Shown: positions 30,387-45,104, counted from the first letter of the stretch. The stretch is DNA of 64,000 nucleotides from Octopus vulgaris (GCA_951406725.2 OX597824.1:68634001-68698000), one strand, 5' to 3'. Translations and numbers: made by a program. Notes: a model not told the origin generated them from the letters alone.

Positions 30387-31088
30387 ATATATACATGTAT
30401 ACGACGGGCTTCTTTTCAGTTTCCGTCTATCAAATCTACTCACAAGGCTTTAATCGGCCCGAGGCTACAGTAGAAGACTCTTACCCAAGGTGCCATGCAG
30501 TTGGACTGAAACCGGAACCATGTGGCTGGTAAGCAAGCTACTTACCACACATGGTATGGCCTGGTCAGCCTGTAATGACATGCATAAGATCTGGTCATCA
30601 AATCTAAGTAGAGACTTCAAACTTGAAATATTCAAAGCCACAGTCGAACCAATCCTACTATATGGCTCAGAAACCTGGACGTTATCAAAGAAGCTTGAGA
30701 GGCGGTTGGATGGAACCTACACTCGCCTCCTTATGAGAGCTCAAAATCTCTCGTGGAGGCGCCATCCAACTAAAATGCAAATATATGGGAAATTACCACC
30801 TGTGTCATCTCTTGTGAAGGGTAGGAGAGTCCAGTTTGCTGGACATTGTTGTAGAGCTGAAAAAGAAGTAATTTCTACTCTTCTCCTCTGGAAGCCATCT
30901 ACTCGCAACACCAGAGGGCGCACACTCTCCTACCCTGATGTAATCCCCAGGGATACAGGCATCCAGCAACAGGACCTCCGTAATGCTATGATGGACCGTG
31001 AAGTCTGGCGCAACATGGTAAATTCCATTGTCTCGACCACGGTCGAACAATGATGAATGATGATGACCACACATCCACTCCTGCGCCT
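30122..31088 (-). mobile_element. SINE B inserted in the mariner, itself split by an RTE fragment
   Basis: SINE head resumes at 31066 (ACCACACATCCACTCCTGCGCC). Confidence 0.85.
30553..31065 (+). mobile_element. 5'-truncated RTE-like LINE with 9-bp TSD
   Basis: ILLYGSETWTL, FAGHCCR; (TGA)n tail; ACCACACAT at 30544-30552 and 31066-31074. Confidence 0.85.
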
Positions 31089-31786
31089 CTGTGAACAAGC
31101 GAGGCACAAATTTTGCTGCAACTCTTCATTTGCAATTCCTCGCTCAAAATTCGTTGGCAGGAGCTTCAGGACACACAAGTCACATCAACAACTTCATTAA
31201 TTGTTCGGTGACAGTCCTCCAAGATCTGTTCATGAATTTTCATGATGTCTTCATTCGTTCGAGAGGTCGACGGTCGTATTGAACAACGGTTAGTCTTCAA
31301 ACGACAAGTGACCATTCCTAAAGCGTGAAAAACACTTGTAAACTTGTGTCTTACACATGGCAGCGTCATGGTAATCTGCTTGAAGCATACAACTGTTTCG
31401 GCCGCCGTTTTCCCCAACAGAAAACAGAATTTCACGGTAGCACACCGTTCCTTCGTTTCAGCCATCGCAAAAATGGACAAACAGAGAAGCACTGTAAAAC
31501 AAAGACCCAGCACGTGGCTGGACGATTAGCAGGCTACGACATCGTCGGCAGATTGATGCATGAGGGTTGCATCAAGTGATTTCTAGCGGTGGAAACCCGA
31601 ACTACAACTAGCTTGTCCCACAGAGAACGTTTCCGGTTACTTTTGGGTACCCCCTCGAATATTGAAGAGGTTGCAAGACGCAACGAAAATTTTAGAAAAA
31701 CTAAATAAATGAGTGGAAATCGAACCGGTGAGTGTGTTGAGTAATAAGGCACTAAAAGAGAATGACTCTCCCCAAGAACAAAAATG

Positions 31787-31861
<75 letters not shown>

Positions 31862-31950
31862 CATCCATATATATATATATATACATCCATCTATCCATCT
31901 ATCCATCTATCCATCCATCCATCCACACACACACACATATATATATATAT

Positions 31951-32255
31951 GGAGGCGCAATGGCCCGGTGGTTAGGGCAGCGGACTCGCGGTCGGAGGAT
32001 CGCGGTTTCGATTCCCAGACCGGGCGTTGTGTGTGTTTATTGAGCGAAAACACTTAAAAGTTCCACGAGGCTCCGGCAGGGGGTGGTGGCGACTCCTGTT
32101 GTACACAACTCTCTCTCTCTCACTCTCTCTTCTTGTTTCTTGAGTAACACTGCAATGAACTGGCGTCCCGTGTAGCTGGGGGGAACACATACTCCACAGA
32201 AACCAGGAATCCGGACCCGTGAGATTGGCTAGGCTTGAAAAGGGCGACGTTTATT
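31951..32255 (+). mobile_element. SINE C, full length
   Basis: A-box TGGCCCGGTGG, B-box GTTTCGATTCC, shared body and tail. Confidence 0.85.
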
Positions 32256-32739
32256 GTTTTATATGTGTATGTGTGTGTGTGTGAGTTATTATGTATGTCT
32301 TTGTGCTTGTTTTTCAATTTCAATCGCTTAACAACAAGAGCTGGTTTGTTTCCTTCCTCGTAACTTAGCTATTCGGCATAAGGTATCGAGAGAATAACTA
32401 TCAGACAACGAAAAAAAGAAAACTGTTACTATTGGGTTCGATTTGTTCGACAAAAACCTTCAAGGCTGCAGGCCAATGACTGGAACAAATAAATGATATG
32501 ATACGAAGGGAAATTGGCTGCTATTTTTAGCATTTCAAATGACCATACTGAAGCTTTTACTGTTGGCTTGTGTTTGTGACATGTGAGTTGGAATGGAATC
32601 CGTGAGACTGACAATGATGATGGCAGAGGTTAGATTTAGATCTCATAATTGATTCAGCTGGCAGTGGCCCACCAACGTATGGGACAGAGTGCCGATTTTG
32701 GTAGAAGCAGGAGAGGTTAGGGGTAGAAGGGTAACGTGG

Positions 32740-33560
32740 TGAGGATGGTGTGGTGGGAATGGTGGTTGTGGTGGTGAACGGTATAAGTAATGAGACGGTA
32801 TTTAATAATAATGGTGATAGAAGTACCGGTGTTAGGATGTTGTGGCGTTAGCAGTGGTGGTGGAGCTGGCGGTAGTGGTGGAGCTGGCGGTGGTGGCAGT
32901 GGTAGTAGTGGTGGTGATAGAGGGCGGCGTTTGTAAAGATGGTGATTGTGGAGGTGGTAGGGATGATTGCAGAGGTGGTGGTGAGGGCGGTGATGGTAGA
33001 TGTAGCGATTATGGAGATGGTAATACTGGTGGTGATGTTGATGGTGGTGGTGGTGGTAGTGGTGGTAGTGACGGCTGTTGTTGAGGTTTTGTTGGTTGCA
33101 TGCAGTTGTTATGGTGATGGTGATGACGATGGTGGTGATGAGGATGGGGGTGATGGGGATGGTGGTGATGGGGATGGTGGTGATGAGGATGGTGGTGATG
33201 AGGATGGTGGTGATGGTTATAGTGGGATGGTGGTGATGACGATGGTGGTGATGAGGATGGGGGTGATGAGGATGGTGGTGATGGGGATAGTGATGATGAC
33301 GATGGTGGTGATGGTTATGGTGGTGGTGATTATGGTGGGATGGTGGTGATGAGGATGGTGGTGATGGGGATGGTGGTGATAAGGATGGTGGTGATGAGGA
33401 TGGTGGTAATAGGAGTGGTGGTGGTAGTTGCTGACAACAGTGATGGTTGTGGTGATGATGGAGGTGTTGGTGATGGGGTGCTGGTGATAGGAGTGGTGGT
33501 GGTGGTGGTTGGCAGTGGTTGTGGCGGCGGCAGTAGTGGAATGCTAATGATAGTAGTGAT
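32740..33560. repeat. GGT/GAT-rich low-complexity tract with a 15-bp minisatellite (GATGGTGGTGATGAG) at ~33110-33420
   Basis: Directly visible. Confidence 0.85.
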
Positions 33561-33896
33561 GGGGGTCTTGACGTCTGATCGTTGTTGTCTTACCCCCTCC
33601 GAGATTAATCCTGATGAAGCAGAACCATCCCACCCTTGACCATCCCGGCTTTAGAACTCAGATCTAAATTATCTTATTGAATCTTCTTTCCGTATTTAAA
33701 ACAATTACAATGAGGTGCAAATAGAGAAAGATTTGACTGCTGTTTCTAGCAAGATGAGCGTCCACTTTGAGATTTTCTCGTTGCTTCTTCCTAGCCACGC
33801 TTGTCGTTGTTTAACCCTTGGTCAGCTGTGGCACTGAGACCAGAACCATATGGTTGGAAAGACATCTTTTTACCACACACCCACAACTGCACCTAT

Positions 33897-34124
33897 GGCG
33901 AGCTGGCAGAAACGTTAGCACGCCGGGCGAAATGCGTAGCCGTATTTCGTCTGTCGTTAGGTTCCGAGTTCAAATTCCGCCGAGGTCGACTTTGCCCTTC
34001 ATCATTTCGGGGTCGATAAATTAAGTACCAGTTACGCACTGGGGTCGATGTAATCGACTTAATCCTTTTGTCTGTCCTTGTTTGTCCCCTCTGTGTTTAG
34101 CCCCTTGTGGGTAGTAAAGAAATA
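33897..34124 (+). mobile_element. SINE A, full length
   Basis: Near-identical to 252-480. Confidence 0.9.
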
Positions 34125-34149
34125 TATATGGGTAGCCTTTTTCGACAAG

Positions 34150-34242
34150 TGAATCGCACTATTAAAAAAAATTCAAGGTAAATGTTTCGTTAGGCGGACC
34201 TAGCAAAAGAAAGTCCCGCGGGCCGTACTTCGCCCATGACTG
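34150..34242 (-). mobile_element. hAT-type terminal fragment
   Basis: CAGTCATGGGCGAAGTACGGCCCGCGGG preceded by a GTCTAGGT target-like 8-mer. Confidence 0.5.
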
Positions 34243-34979
34243 ACCTAGACGTTTCCTTATTGGCTCGTGCTGGTTGTTGTGTTTGGCGGCAGCACGATTG
34301 GAGCCCCGGGAATTGCAAGACAGTGGTGATAGAAGTGGGGAAGAATGACAATAGGATGGTGATGGTATTGTTGCTGTTGATGGTGATGATGGTGGTGGTG
34401 GTGGCGGTAGTAGGGTGTACAGGTAGTGGTGGTGGCGGTAGTAGGGTGTACTGGTAGTAGTGGTTGCAAGAAGTCTTAGTAGTAGTGGTTGTGGTGGTAG
34501 TGGAGGTTGTGGTGATGAGAGTGGTTGTCGTGGTAGTAATGGTGGCGGCGGTTGAAGATGTATTGTCATTAGTAGTGATGGTGGTGATGGTGGCGGTGGC
34601 GGTGGCAGTGTTAATGATTCTGGTGGTGGCAGCTGTGCTGTTGTTGTTGTTGTTGTTGGTGGTGGTGGTGTTGGTAGTGGTGGTGGGGATGACGGTGATG
34701 GTAACAATGATGGCGGTGCGGTGGCGGTCATGGTGGTGGTGGAGATGATGGTGATCGTAGGGATGATGGTGGTGGTGTTGGTGGTGGTAGTGGTGATTGT
34801 GGTTGTAGCAGTGCAGATGATGGTGGTGGTAGTGATGGTGGTGATGTTACACTAGAAACAAGTTTCTAATCTTATGGCGCCTGCACGCGTCCAAGAGCCC
34901 CTAGAGAAATTACTCTGAGTAAAGCAGAGCTTATTTTATTGGCCCCGTGATCGCCGGAGCAGTAGAGTGTCTGCTTTGT

Positions 34980-35039
<60 letters not shown>

Positions 35040-35749
35040 GTGTGTGTGCGTGCGTGCGTGTGTGTGTATGTGAGTGTGTATGTCTGCGATTGTATGTGCC
35101 TGCATGTATGTGTATGTATATGTGCATGTATGTGAGTGTGTGTGTGTGTGTGTGTGCGCGTGTGCGCGCGTGTGTGCGTACGTATATGTGCGTGTATGTG
35201 AGTATGTCTGCTTGTGCGTGTGTGTGTGTATGTTTGCGATTGTATGTGTGTGCATGTATGTGTATGTATATGTGCATGTGTGTGTATGTATACGTGCATG
35301 TATGTGAGTGTGTGTGTGTGTATGTGTTTATCTGAGTATATGTGTATGTTGTTGTGCGTTGCTTGTAGGCGTGTTGTGGCAGTGTTTTGTATGTTTGAAT
35401 GTGCTTGTGCTGTGTGTGTGTGTGTGTGTGTGTGTGAGTGTGTATGTGTGTATCTCTGTGTGTATGAACATATGTGTGTGTGTGCGCGCACGCGAGATGT
35501 GTTTCTATGTTAATTATGTGAGTGTGTGTGTGTGTTTGGGTGGCTGCGTATGTTGTGTCTGGCCGTGTACATGTGTGTCTGTGTGCGTTTATGTGTGTGT
35601 GTACGTGTGTAAGTGTCTGTGTGTTGAATTTCTCTCACTGTCTGGCTGTATGTGTATGTGTAGTTGCACCTCGATCAATCGATTCTGCGTATAGCAATGT
35701 GTATGTCTGTATGCGTTTATGGTCGTGCAGTAGTTAGTCTGGGTGACGT

Positions 35750-35812
<63 letters not shown>

Positions 35813-36023
35813 GTAGATATTCCGCTCCACCCTTCTCTCTCTCCCCTCTCCCCCTCTCTCTCTCTATATATATATATACATGCATATATATATATATATA
35901 CATATTTATATAAATATATACATATATATGTATATATGTATATGCATGTATGTGTATATATATATATAAGTATATATGTATATACATATGCATATATATG
36001 TGTGTGCATATATATATATATAC

Positions 36024-36101
<78 letters not shown>

Positions 36102-36222
36102 ATATATGTATACATATATATTCCACTCTCAGGCTCAATTTTGAGCACTTTAGTCTAAGCAAACAGACATATCTTCTTTTTCAATTAGTCACACCCTGGA
36201 AGTATATATATATATATATATA

Positions 36223-36660
36223 TACGCGATGGAATCAAAAGGTTCCCGGATTAGTTATGTTTGGTAAAAAAATAAATGACTTATTTACCTAAGTTTTATC
36301 ATCATCTCCTTCGAGATAGTCACCTTGCGCAGCAAAAGACTGGTTCCAGCGTCTCTATCACTTTTGGAATCCACCCTGGGAGTTGTTTTCCGTGAGCAAA
36401 TCGAGAAGCTTCTGCGATTCGCTATTGATCTCGATAAGGGTTTTTTTTTAAAGGCGACCTTTGTGCCCCCTTTTCATTCTGGGGGAAAGAGACGGAAGTT
36501 CGCCGGTGTTAAATCTGGCGAATAATATGGCGGTCTGCGGAAGCGATACCCTGTTGCTTTTTTGGCGAAAATCTAACGAGTGAGGAGAACTTGCTAACAG
36601 AGTGCATTGTAGTCGTGAAGAGTCCAATTCTTCGCGTTCCAAAGGCCCAGCCGCTTTCGA
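36223..36660 (-). mobile_element. Mariner remnant (one TIR and transposase C-terminus)
   Basis: TACGCGATGGAATCAAAAGGTTCCCGGA TIR-like; RWNQSFAAQGDYLEG on the minus strand. Confidence 0.55.
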
Positions 36661-37017
36661 TGAAGCATCACTGAATAAAATATAGGTACGTTCTGTCATA
36701 TTTAAACATGTTCTTGTACATTCGGTGGTAGCAAGACCAATCGCTATGGAAAGCGTATTATTTCCTCTAACATAAAAGTCTTGCTCGACGAGTATGGAAA
36801 GTGCCCGAATCCTTTAAGTGAAGGAATATTGTTCGCTGCTAATTCACTATTACTGCATGTTTTACTTACATCTAACAAATGTATACTGAACACTTCGTGT
36901 GCTTATACAAAAATAAATACATATACTGTGCATATATATATGTATATATAAGGATAAAGACACACTTCGGTCAGGAATGACCATGGGATTGCACCTAGAA
37001 AGTTCCCTTCCGAAGAG

Positions 37018-37062
37018 TAGCATTACTGATGAGCATTAATTTCATGCGAAATTGGCGTGCTA
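37018..37062 (+). ncRNA. Degenerate hammerhead-like motif
   Basis: TAGCAT-ta-CTGATGA-GCAT taatttc ATGC-GAAA-ttggc-GTGCTA; core and stems I/II present, NUH site not intact. Confidence 0.4.
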
Positions 37063-37319
37063 ATCTGTTGCCCTCGCTTACTGTGAGAAGGTCGTCTCCC
37101 TTGTCTGCTGTGAGGAGGTTATCTCCGTTGGCAGTACATAGAACCGTGTTTTGTTCGTGGCTAAAGAGTCTTTGACTCTTGTTTCTAGCAATGCTGGTGC
37201 TGTTCTGACTCCTTAGTCACTTTTAGTGGCAGTGAAGCTTTTCCTTTTTGGTTTTAAATTGCGTCTAGCTTCCATCCGTCTATATATGGATGTGTGTCTG
37301 CTGTATATGTATGTGCATG

Positions 37320-37370
<51 letters not shown>

Positions 37371-37535
37371 ATTGCTGAAAAATATTGTAACCGCAGGCAC
37401 ACGCAAATATCTATTCATTGGTCCAATTTACAATTCATTTATATACTTTTGATCTTCTTTTGTTACATACATGCATGCATACATACATATGAACACACTC
37501 ACACACAGACACAGACACAGACACAGACACAGATA

Positions 37536-37593
<58 letters not shown>

Positions 37594-37978
37594 GAGAGAG
37601 CAAGAGCGAGGGAGGGAGAGAAAGGATGGTCAATAAGAACTGTATTCTGAGAATTGTAGATGTGACTGAGTTTAGACAAATAGATGAAGAACTTAAGTAA
37701 ACAAAGGGGGTGGGAACGGTAATAGGAAACAATAGTGGTAGTGGTAGTGGTGGGGGTGGGGACGGTGATTGGGTTGCTCTAGGATCGGTGATGTTTTTCA
37801 GCACGGATTGCTTGGGGTGTGTTTGAGTGACACCGTATCGGCCTAATTATAACGCGTCGATTAATAGGATTTTGGAATTTGTTTTTGAGTTCGAAAGCCA
37901 CACAAACACCGTTGTAGGGATGTAGTGGGTGAACGGGTAAATTTTTTATCGATCAAGGGTGAAGGGCTGGAAGTCTCT

Positions 37979-38052
<74 letters not shown>

Positions 38053-38554
38053 GCTGTTCTTCTTCTTCTTCTTCTTCTTCTTCTTCTTCTTCTTCTTCTT
38101 CTTCTTCTTCTTCTTCTTCTTCTTCTCCTTCTTCCTGCTCCTCCTGCTCCTGCTCCTCATGTTCCTCTTCCTCGTTTATCGAAAATGTCGACCAATAATG
38201 TCGATAGTTACAATAATGCGATTCACTGCGTTTCTGAAGGGGAGCAAGGAATTGTCTAACTCAGCTGAATGGGTACAACACGGTGACTTTAATTCATTGG
38301 AAAGCATCAATTTATATATATATAAATTATAATTTAGGGTATCTAAGAGATACCATCACGCTGGAAATAGCAACCAAGACTTGATTCTAAAACCACATTA
38401 AATGTTCATTCAGCACCAGGAGAGAAGACAAAGAGACAAAATAAACTAGCAAGAAAATTACTGGATAATTCCAGATCCCGGATTTGTGACTCTGCATGAG
38501 AAATGTCCTGCTTTCATCAGTGGAGTACACTCAGATAGCACATAAACACAAATA

Positions 38555-39064
38555 CCGTAAATCCTCGTGTATAATCCGCATTTTCCTCACAAAATTTAAA
38601 GGTCAACATCCCTAGTGCGTACTATATGCGAGGTTAAAAACGAAAATTATTTTCTAAGCAATGTCCTAGTTTCTATTTGCTGTCCGGCAATGTTTATTCA
38701 GACGCATTTTGTGATGTCGGGCGCGAAAATACCTTAAGCTAAGCCTGAATGCAATGAAGTCATAAAAGAATCATCCATAATTTGCAGTAAGCAACATTTA
38801 TTAAACGTTATTATTCTTATTTCTTTATTTTCTGCAAACAAAATGCACAAAAAACTACACGTTTGCATTATGTTATATATACAATAATAATAAGGGACTT
38901 TACCGTGTACAGTTTTACAAACCAAGGACGTTATATAGACCTCCTTGACTCAAGTTAGAGAGGGGTGCGTATTATATAGAAGGTTTAGGTTTTTCAGAGG
39001 TACAGCCCCCTAAAAATCCCCTGTGTATTATACTCAAAGGCGGACTATACTCGAGGATTTACAG
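38555..39064. mobile_element. pogo/Tigger-type MITE
   Basis: 25-bp TIRs CCGTAAATCCTCGTGTATAATCCGC / GCGGACTATACTCGAGGATTTACAG, TA on both sides. Confidence 0.85.
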
Positions 39065-39261
39065 TATATATATATATTTATATCACATACGATATACTTA
39101 CATATACGAACGTATACATACATATATTGCACGTATGCACACGACCAGTTTAAATTGCCCGCCTAAAACTCTACGTGCAATAGGGTCATCTGATAAGATC
39201 GCTATTTAAATAACGATCTTTTTCTTATTTATATAAATTTATATATATACACATATATATG

Positions 39262-39334
<73 letters not shown>

Positions 39335-39657
39335 ATATATATATATATATATTTGATTATATATATATGTATATTTATATATATATGTGTGAGCATATAT
39401 ACATACATACATACAGACATATATATATATATATTTATATATATATATACTTTTATCTTACCTTTTGCTTGTTTCAGTCATTAGACTGCGGCCATAATGT
39501 TAAACATTTTCTCCGACCGTACTAACAATTATTCCCCCTCACAGCCTTAATGATAATAACCACCACTACTACCACAACGACGACGACCACCACCACTAAA
39601 AATAAAATAGCAACTGTATTAACATGAATAAAAATAGCAGTAGTAACAACAACAATT

Positions 39658-39710
<53 letters not shown>

Positions 39711-40323
39711 TCTTACTACTATCGGCACAGGGTTGAGATTAGGAGCAGGGGCTAGTCGATTATATCGACCTCATACATTACTGATACTTATTTTATCGAC
39801 CCTGAAAGGATGATGATGACGACGACGGCGATGGCGGTAACGACGACGACGACAATTGTTTCTGATGTCGGTGTAACTGTTCTAAATGGATCGGGCAAAC
39901 ACTGACATGTTCCTTCATTGTATCCCGCACTGCGTTCTGTATTTGTCTGGGGGCGTCTTTGAATGAATCTCCAAAAGAAATAGGCGGGATACTGAATTTC
40001 CTTGGCAGGTAGTAAATGGTTTTTAAAACATAACATGTATTGTGTTTATATTAGCGAAAGAGGAAGTAGAAACGACATCATTTTCTCTGAAGAACGCTGA
40101 AGTCAGAAACATCAGTCTTTAACATGAGTAATCTTTTACAAGATGTCCAAATGAAACATAGCTCATCATCAGGGGCGCCGCACTTCTAAAAAAATTCATG
40201 GTAATTTTATATCAGAAAGTCCCGCTAGTTGCAGTTTGTCTGTAAGTTTAACATATGATCTGGAAACTGCAACGTTGTCGCAAAGACTTATATATACATC
40301 CGCTAAGATACACCTTTCCAAAA

Positions 40324-40720
40324 GCGGCGAGCTGGCAGAAACGTTAGCACGCCGGGCAAAATGCGCAGCCGTATTTCGTCTGACTTTATGTTCTGAGTTC
40401 AAATTCCGCCGAGGTCGACTTTGCCTTTCATCCTTTCGGTGTCAATAAATTAAGTACCAGTTACGCACTGGGGTCGATGTAATCGATTTAATCCGTTTGT
40501 CTGTCCTTGTTTGTCCTCTCTGTGTTTAGCCCCTTGTGTGTAGTAAAGAAATAGGTATTTTGTCTGTCTTTATGTTCTGAGTTCAAATTCCGCCGGGTTG
40601 ATTTAGCCCTTCATCATTTGGGGTCGATAAATTAAGTACCAGTTGCGTACTGGGGGTCTATCTAATCGACTGGCCCCCTCTCCCTAAATTTCGGGCCTTG
40701 TGCCTAGAGTAGAAAAGAAA
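40324..40720 (+). mobile_element. SINE A head-to-tail dimer
   Basis: Tail AAAGAAATAG joined to GTATTTTGTCTG of a second copy. Confidence 0.85.
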
Positions 40721-41463
40721 GATACATCTTGCCATATTGGAAAGGAAATAACTGTTGTTTTAGGCAACGCTGCATTTCAGGGTACATTAGTTTCTCCTAG
40801 AATCAGATGGCCGTCGGTGGTCCTAGAAAAAAGAGAGAGAAAAAAAGGGAATACTTCAGAATGGGAGTATGGTTACATTCTGCCTTGAAAAACAGAAAAA
40901 GAAGAAAAAAAAAGGGACATGAAAGGTCGTTATGTTTCAGACTGAAGACAACAATACAAACACTACAGCAACAATAAGGAGATTGCCTATATGTGGTTAG
41001 TGACACTGCTAAAAATAGAGACCAATCACTCAAATCAAACGCAACCATCTCTAAAAGGACATTCGGTAATGTAATGAAAACATAAATATACAAAAACACG
41101 ATATGGATGGACATTTCTGGAACGACATAGATCATAGATATATTGAATCAATGCAGCTCTGAGATAAATACCAACAGTAGCAGCAGCAGCAGCGGCAACG
41201 ATAGCAACAACAACAACAATAACAGCAGTAACAGCGTGCATCTCTTCTGGGTTCATATTTAATTCAACAATTTTTCATGCATCAGTAATTTCCATGTCAA
41301 AAAAACTACAGGTCTCAACCATTGGTAGCTTCTCTCCTTCATCGCACACTCAAACAGACACACATCCGCACACGCACGCATACACAAACACTCACTCTTT
41401 CTCACACACACATACATACAAAGAACACCACATACATACATATGCACATATGCAATGTGTATA

Positions 41464-41523
<60 letters not shown>

Positions 41524-41532
41524 TATAATTAC

Positions 41533-41563
<31 letters not shown>

Positions 41564-41985
41564 TGTATGTATGTATGTATGTATGTATGTGTATATATAT
41601 ATATATATGCGTGTGTGTGTTTGTGTATGTATATGTATGTATTATGTATGTATGCATACACACTTTTGAATGTACAAATGCGTATCAAGCGACTAACGAA
41701 AATGGTTATTTTTTTTCGGGCGCCATATTTAGACTGAACAGATGATATTTGTGTGCGTGCATGTTTGTGTGTACACGTGTGCTTGAGTGTGTGTGTTTGA
41801 GTATGTGTATGTGTGCGTGCGTGTGTGTGTATGCGAGAGTATGTTAGTGTGGGCTCGGGTGTCTGTATAAGACTAGCATAAAACATTTATGTTTGTTAAT
41901 GTTAGAGAGTATAGAGCACAAATGCCGGGAAATATGTACACATCAAACATTATATTACTCTCCTTGTCATTGTTGTTGTTATCGT

Positions 41986-42044
<59 letters not shown>

Positions 42045-42181
42045 GTGTTGTTGTTGGTGGTGTTGTAGTTATTGTTGTCGTTATTCTTGTGACATTTTCT
42101 TTCTCGCCGCGCTGAAAGACAGCGTATAATAATATCTCTCTGAATGCAGACGCACGTTCACACACGCATACGCATTCCTAG

Positions 42182-42220
<39 letters not shown>

Positions 42221-42270
42221 CGCCAAACCTATATCACATACATAAGCATCTACACAGATACACAAACGTT

Positions 42271-42303
<33 letters not shown>

Positions 42304-42498
42304 GAACACACAAATATTTCTTCTTGCTCCTCCTCCTCCTTTTCTTCTTCTTCTTCTTCTTCTTCTTCTTCTTCTTCTCTCCTTCTCACCCTGTATATAT
42401 TACAAATACTCATATACGAATATACACACATATATATACATACATACATACACAAGCTGTTTTCTGTAATGATATAAAAGAACACAGTATATACACAC

Positions 42499-42560
<62 letters not shown>

Positions 42561-43825
42561 TTGTCTGTGTCTTTGTACGTATGTATGCATATATATATAT
42601 ATATATATGAGTAACAGATATGTCTGTATACTTATATGTATCTCTATAGGTATGCATGCATTCCTTTATACATACGTACGGAGATTCATACATTCACACG
42701 CATGTATACACATACGCAGACCGACCCCAAACACACACATGCATATGTAAGCGCTATATACGCAATTGAAACAACATTAACTTAAAATGCTGCTTCGCTT
42801 GTGTACACCAAGATTTTTCTACAGTGGGGGAAAAGCTTCCGCTTGCCAGTGACTATTTTATTCACCGTTTCCTATGTATGAGAGCTACGAATGAGAATCG
42901 GTTGTACGGCATTGACAAGCCTCAACAAAGGCGAAATGCGTCTATCGTTCATATGATTCTCTGTAGCGGTATATATATATATATATATATACGTATCATG
43001 TATGTAACACAACGAATGTATGAAGAGATTTTATCTCAGACAATTCCACAGCATCGTGCCTTCTGACAGTGTGAACTCATTTGGTACGATATATAGATGA
43101 TGATAAGGATATGTATATACATGTCTGTGCGTACAGATACACACACATACATATACACACACGCGCGCGCGCACACACACACACTCACATACACACATAC
43201 ACACACACAAATATATACTCACAGACATATATATATGACGGGCTTCATTCAGTTTCCGTGTACCAAATCCACTGGCAAAGCTTTGGTCGGCCCGAGGCTT
43301 TGGTAGAAGACACTTGACCAAAGTGCCAGGCAGTGGGACTGAACTCGGAACCATGTGGTTGAGAATCAAGCTTCTTACCACACAGGCACATAATATACAT
43401 GTTCGTATATATATTTATATGTATACATATATATATATATAAATATATAAATATATATTTATGATATGCATATGTATACATATATTTAAATATATAATAT
43501 AATATAATATAATATAACGTGTGTGTGAGAGAGAGAGAGAGAGACAGAGAAAGAGAGAAAGTGAGAGAGAAAGTATATGTATGTATGTTTGTATGTATAA
43601 TATAAACAGATATAGAAAGAAAGTACGTCTGTTAGTCAAACTGAGAGAATGAGTCTGAGTTGTCTAGTGTGATCCATCAGATGAAGTGAGCAAGCCGGAA
43701 ACGCAGTCAGGAAATGCAGACCGGAAACTAGGACATCCATCGGCTGTAGTCAGTAATTATTGGGATTTCTGAATGGTTCGGTCTTTTTATTTCTGTCATA
43801 ACTGCATGTATTCCGAATGTTAAGA

Positions 43826-43997
43826 CCGGTCGTGAGCAAACTGCAGATTGCATGCTGCATGTGGTTCTGTTCGACTTTCTGAATGGCACGCCGAAAGAAA
43901 AAAATTGTCTTTAATTTTGTTTTAGCAGTGTGGCCCACCTGATGATGAGCCATGTCTCATGCGACTCGCTTCACGAAAAACGGTTGTCCATACTTGG
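43826..43997. mobile_element. Possible degenerate hAT MITE
   Basis: Weak TIRs (CCGGTCGTGAGCAAACT / GGTTGTCCATACTTGG). Confidence 0.3.
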
Positions 43998-44346
43998 TTT
44001 AGATACAACTTCTCGCCTTATTCCTTGCACAAGTGTTATCATAAAGTAGTAGTAGTAGTAGTAGTAGCATTAGATGTAGAAGTTGTGGGAGTAGTAGTTA
44101 TTATTTAGCCTTCTCACCTTTCACTCTTTTTCTCTTTTACACATGCATGCATACATACATAAGTACCACTTACACACATACACGCGCACACACACACATA
44201 CACACATTTGGGTGTACGTCTATGTGTATGAGAAATTAAGATTAAAAAATGAATAGAACACATTTAAGACAAATCAACCCTCATCAGCTGTACATCTGGG
44301 GATTTTCGTAGTTTCGATGCCCGAGGGAAAACTCGACGCTCTAGGG

Positions 44347-44708
44347 CAGTGTTTCCCAACCTGTTTTCCCCTAGGCCCCACTATAACTTTCTAGAAAAAT
44401 GTATGCTCTACCAGTGGCATACGTAAAAAGATTAATAATTTATTGACTTCTAATAATTATATACTTTCATTAAATATTAATATTAGAATAGCACTATACT
44501 GTAGCGAACAGTATTCGCATAGTATGCTTGGTTGGAAGGATTGGTTTGGCTAGGCTGAGTATAGGATGTAGTATGTTTGCTGGGTAAAAAAGATTTTCAC
44601 AATGCCATGTCTCATTAAAACAAAAAGAAAAGATTTTGGCTCCCATGCCCCACTACAGTTTTCTCAGACCCCACTTGCGGGATGTATGCTCCATATTGGG
44701 AATTTCTG
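44347..44708. mobile_element. hAT (Charlie-like) MITE
   Basis: CAGTGTTTCCCAA...TTGGGAATTTCTG ends with an exact 8-bp TSD CTCTAGGG (44339-44346, 44709-44716). Confidence 0.85.
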
Positions 44709-45063
44709 CTCTAGGGGAATGAATAAATATGAAATAATGCTTTTAAGGATTGGCGGGCTTGATACAGTAAACACAAAACAAAAATACGAAAAGCAACATA
44801 GATAATTCATAGCAACTGTGGGGAAAAAAGGACGTGGAAAATGATATAGTATTTTTACGAGTAGAATAAGCCAAAAATGAACTAAAACTGAGAAAAAGGA
44901 ATAAGTGAAATACTGAAAAAAAAAGTAGACAATCAGACTAAATTCCAACACTGTAAAGAAAGAAGTAAGTGTTTATACCTTAGAAACCTTTCTCCGCCTG
45001 AAATTAACAACCTAGAAGAGATTATCTTCTATATAATAGTATAGTTGACTACGAAGGGCACAC

Positions 45064-45104
<41 letters not shown>

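Larger units (their letters stand above)
29803..31657 (-). mobile_element. Internally deleted mariner transposon hosting nested retroelements
   Basis: TIRs GAGGGCATACCCAAAAGAAACCAGAA / TTCCGGTTACTTTTGGGTACCCCCTCG; VKFCFLLGKTAAET, RPSTSRT, AKFVPRL, WKTRLDRCIASNGEYFEGD. Confidence 0.85.

Noticed and set aside
32842-34748. Gly/Asp/Val- and Pro-rich ORFs as structural proteins
   Set aside because: Low-complexity trinucleotide-derived DNA that is open in several frames
40085-40120. CTGAAGA...GAAAC...GTC as a hammerhead (similar weak cases at ~43675-43715 and ~61425-61510)
   Set aside because: Stems I/II do not pair convincingly or the core is broken
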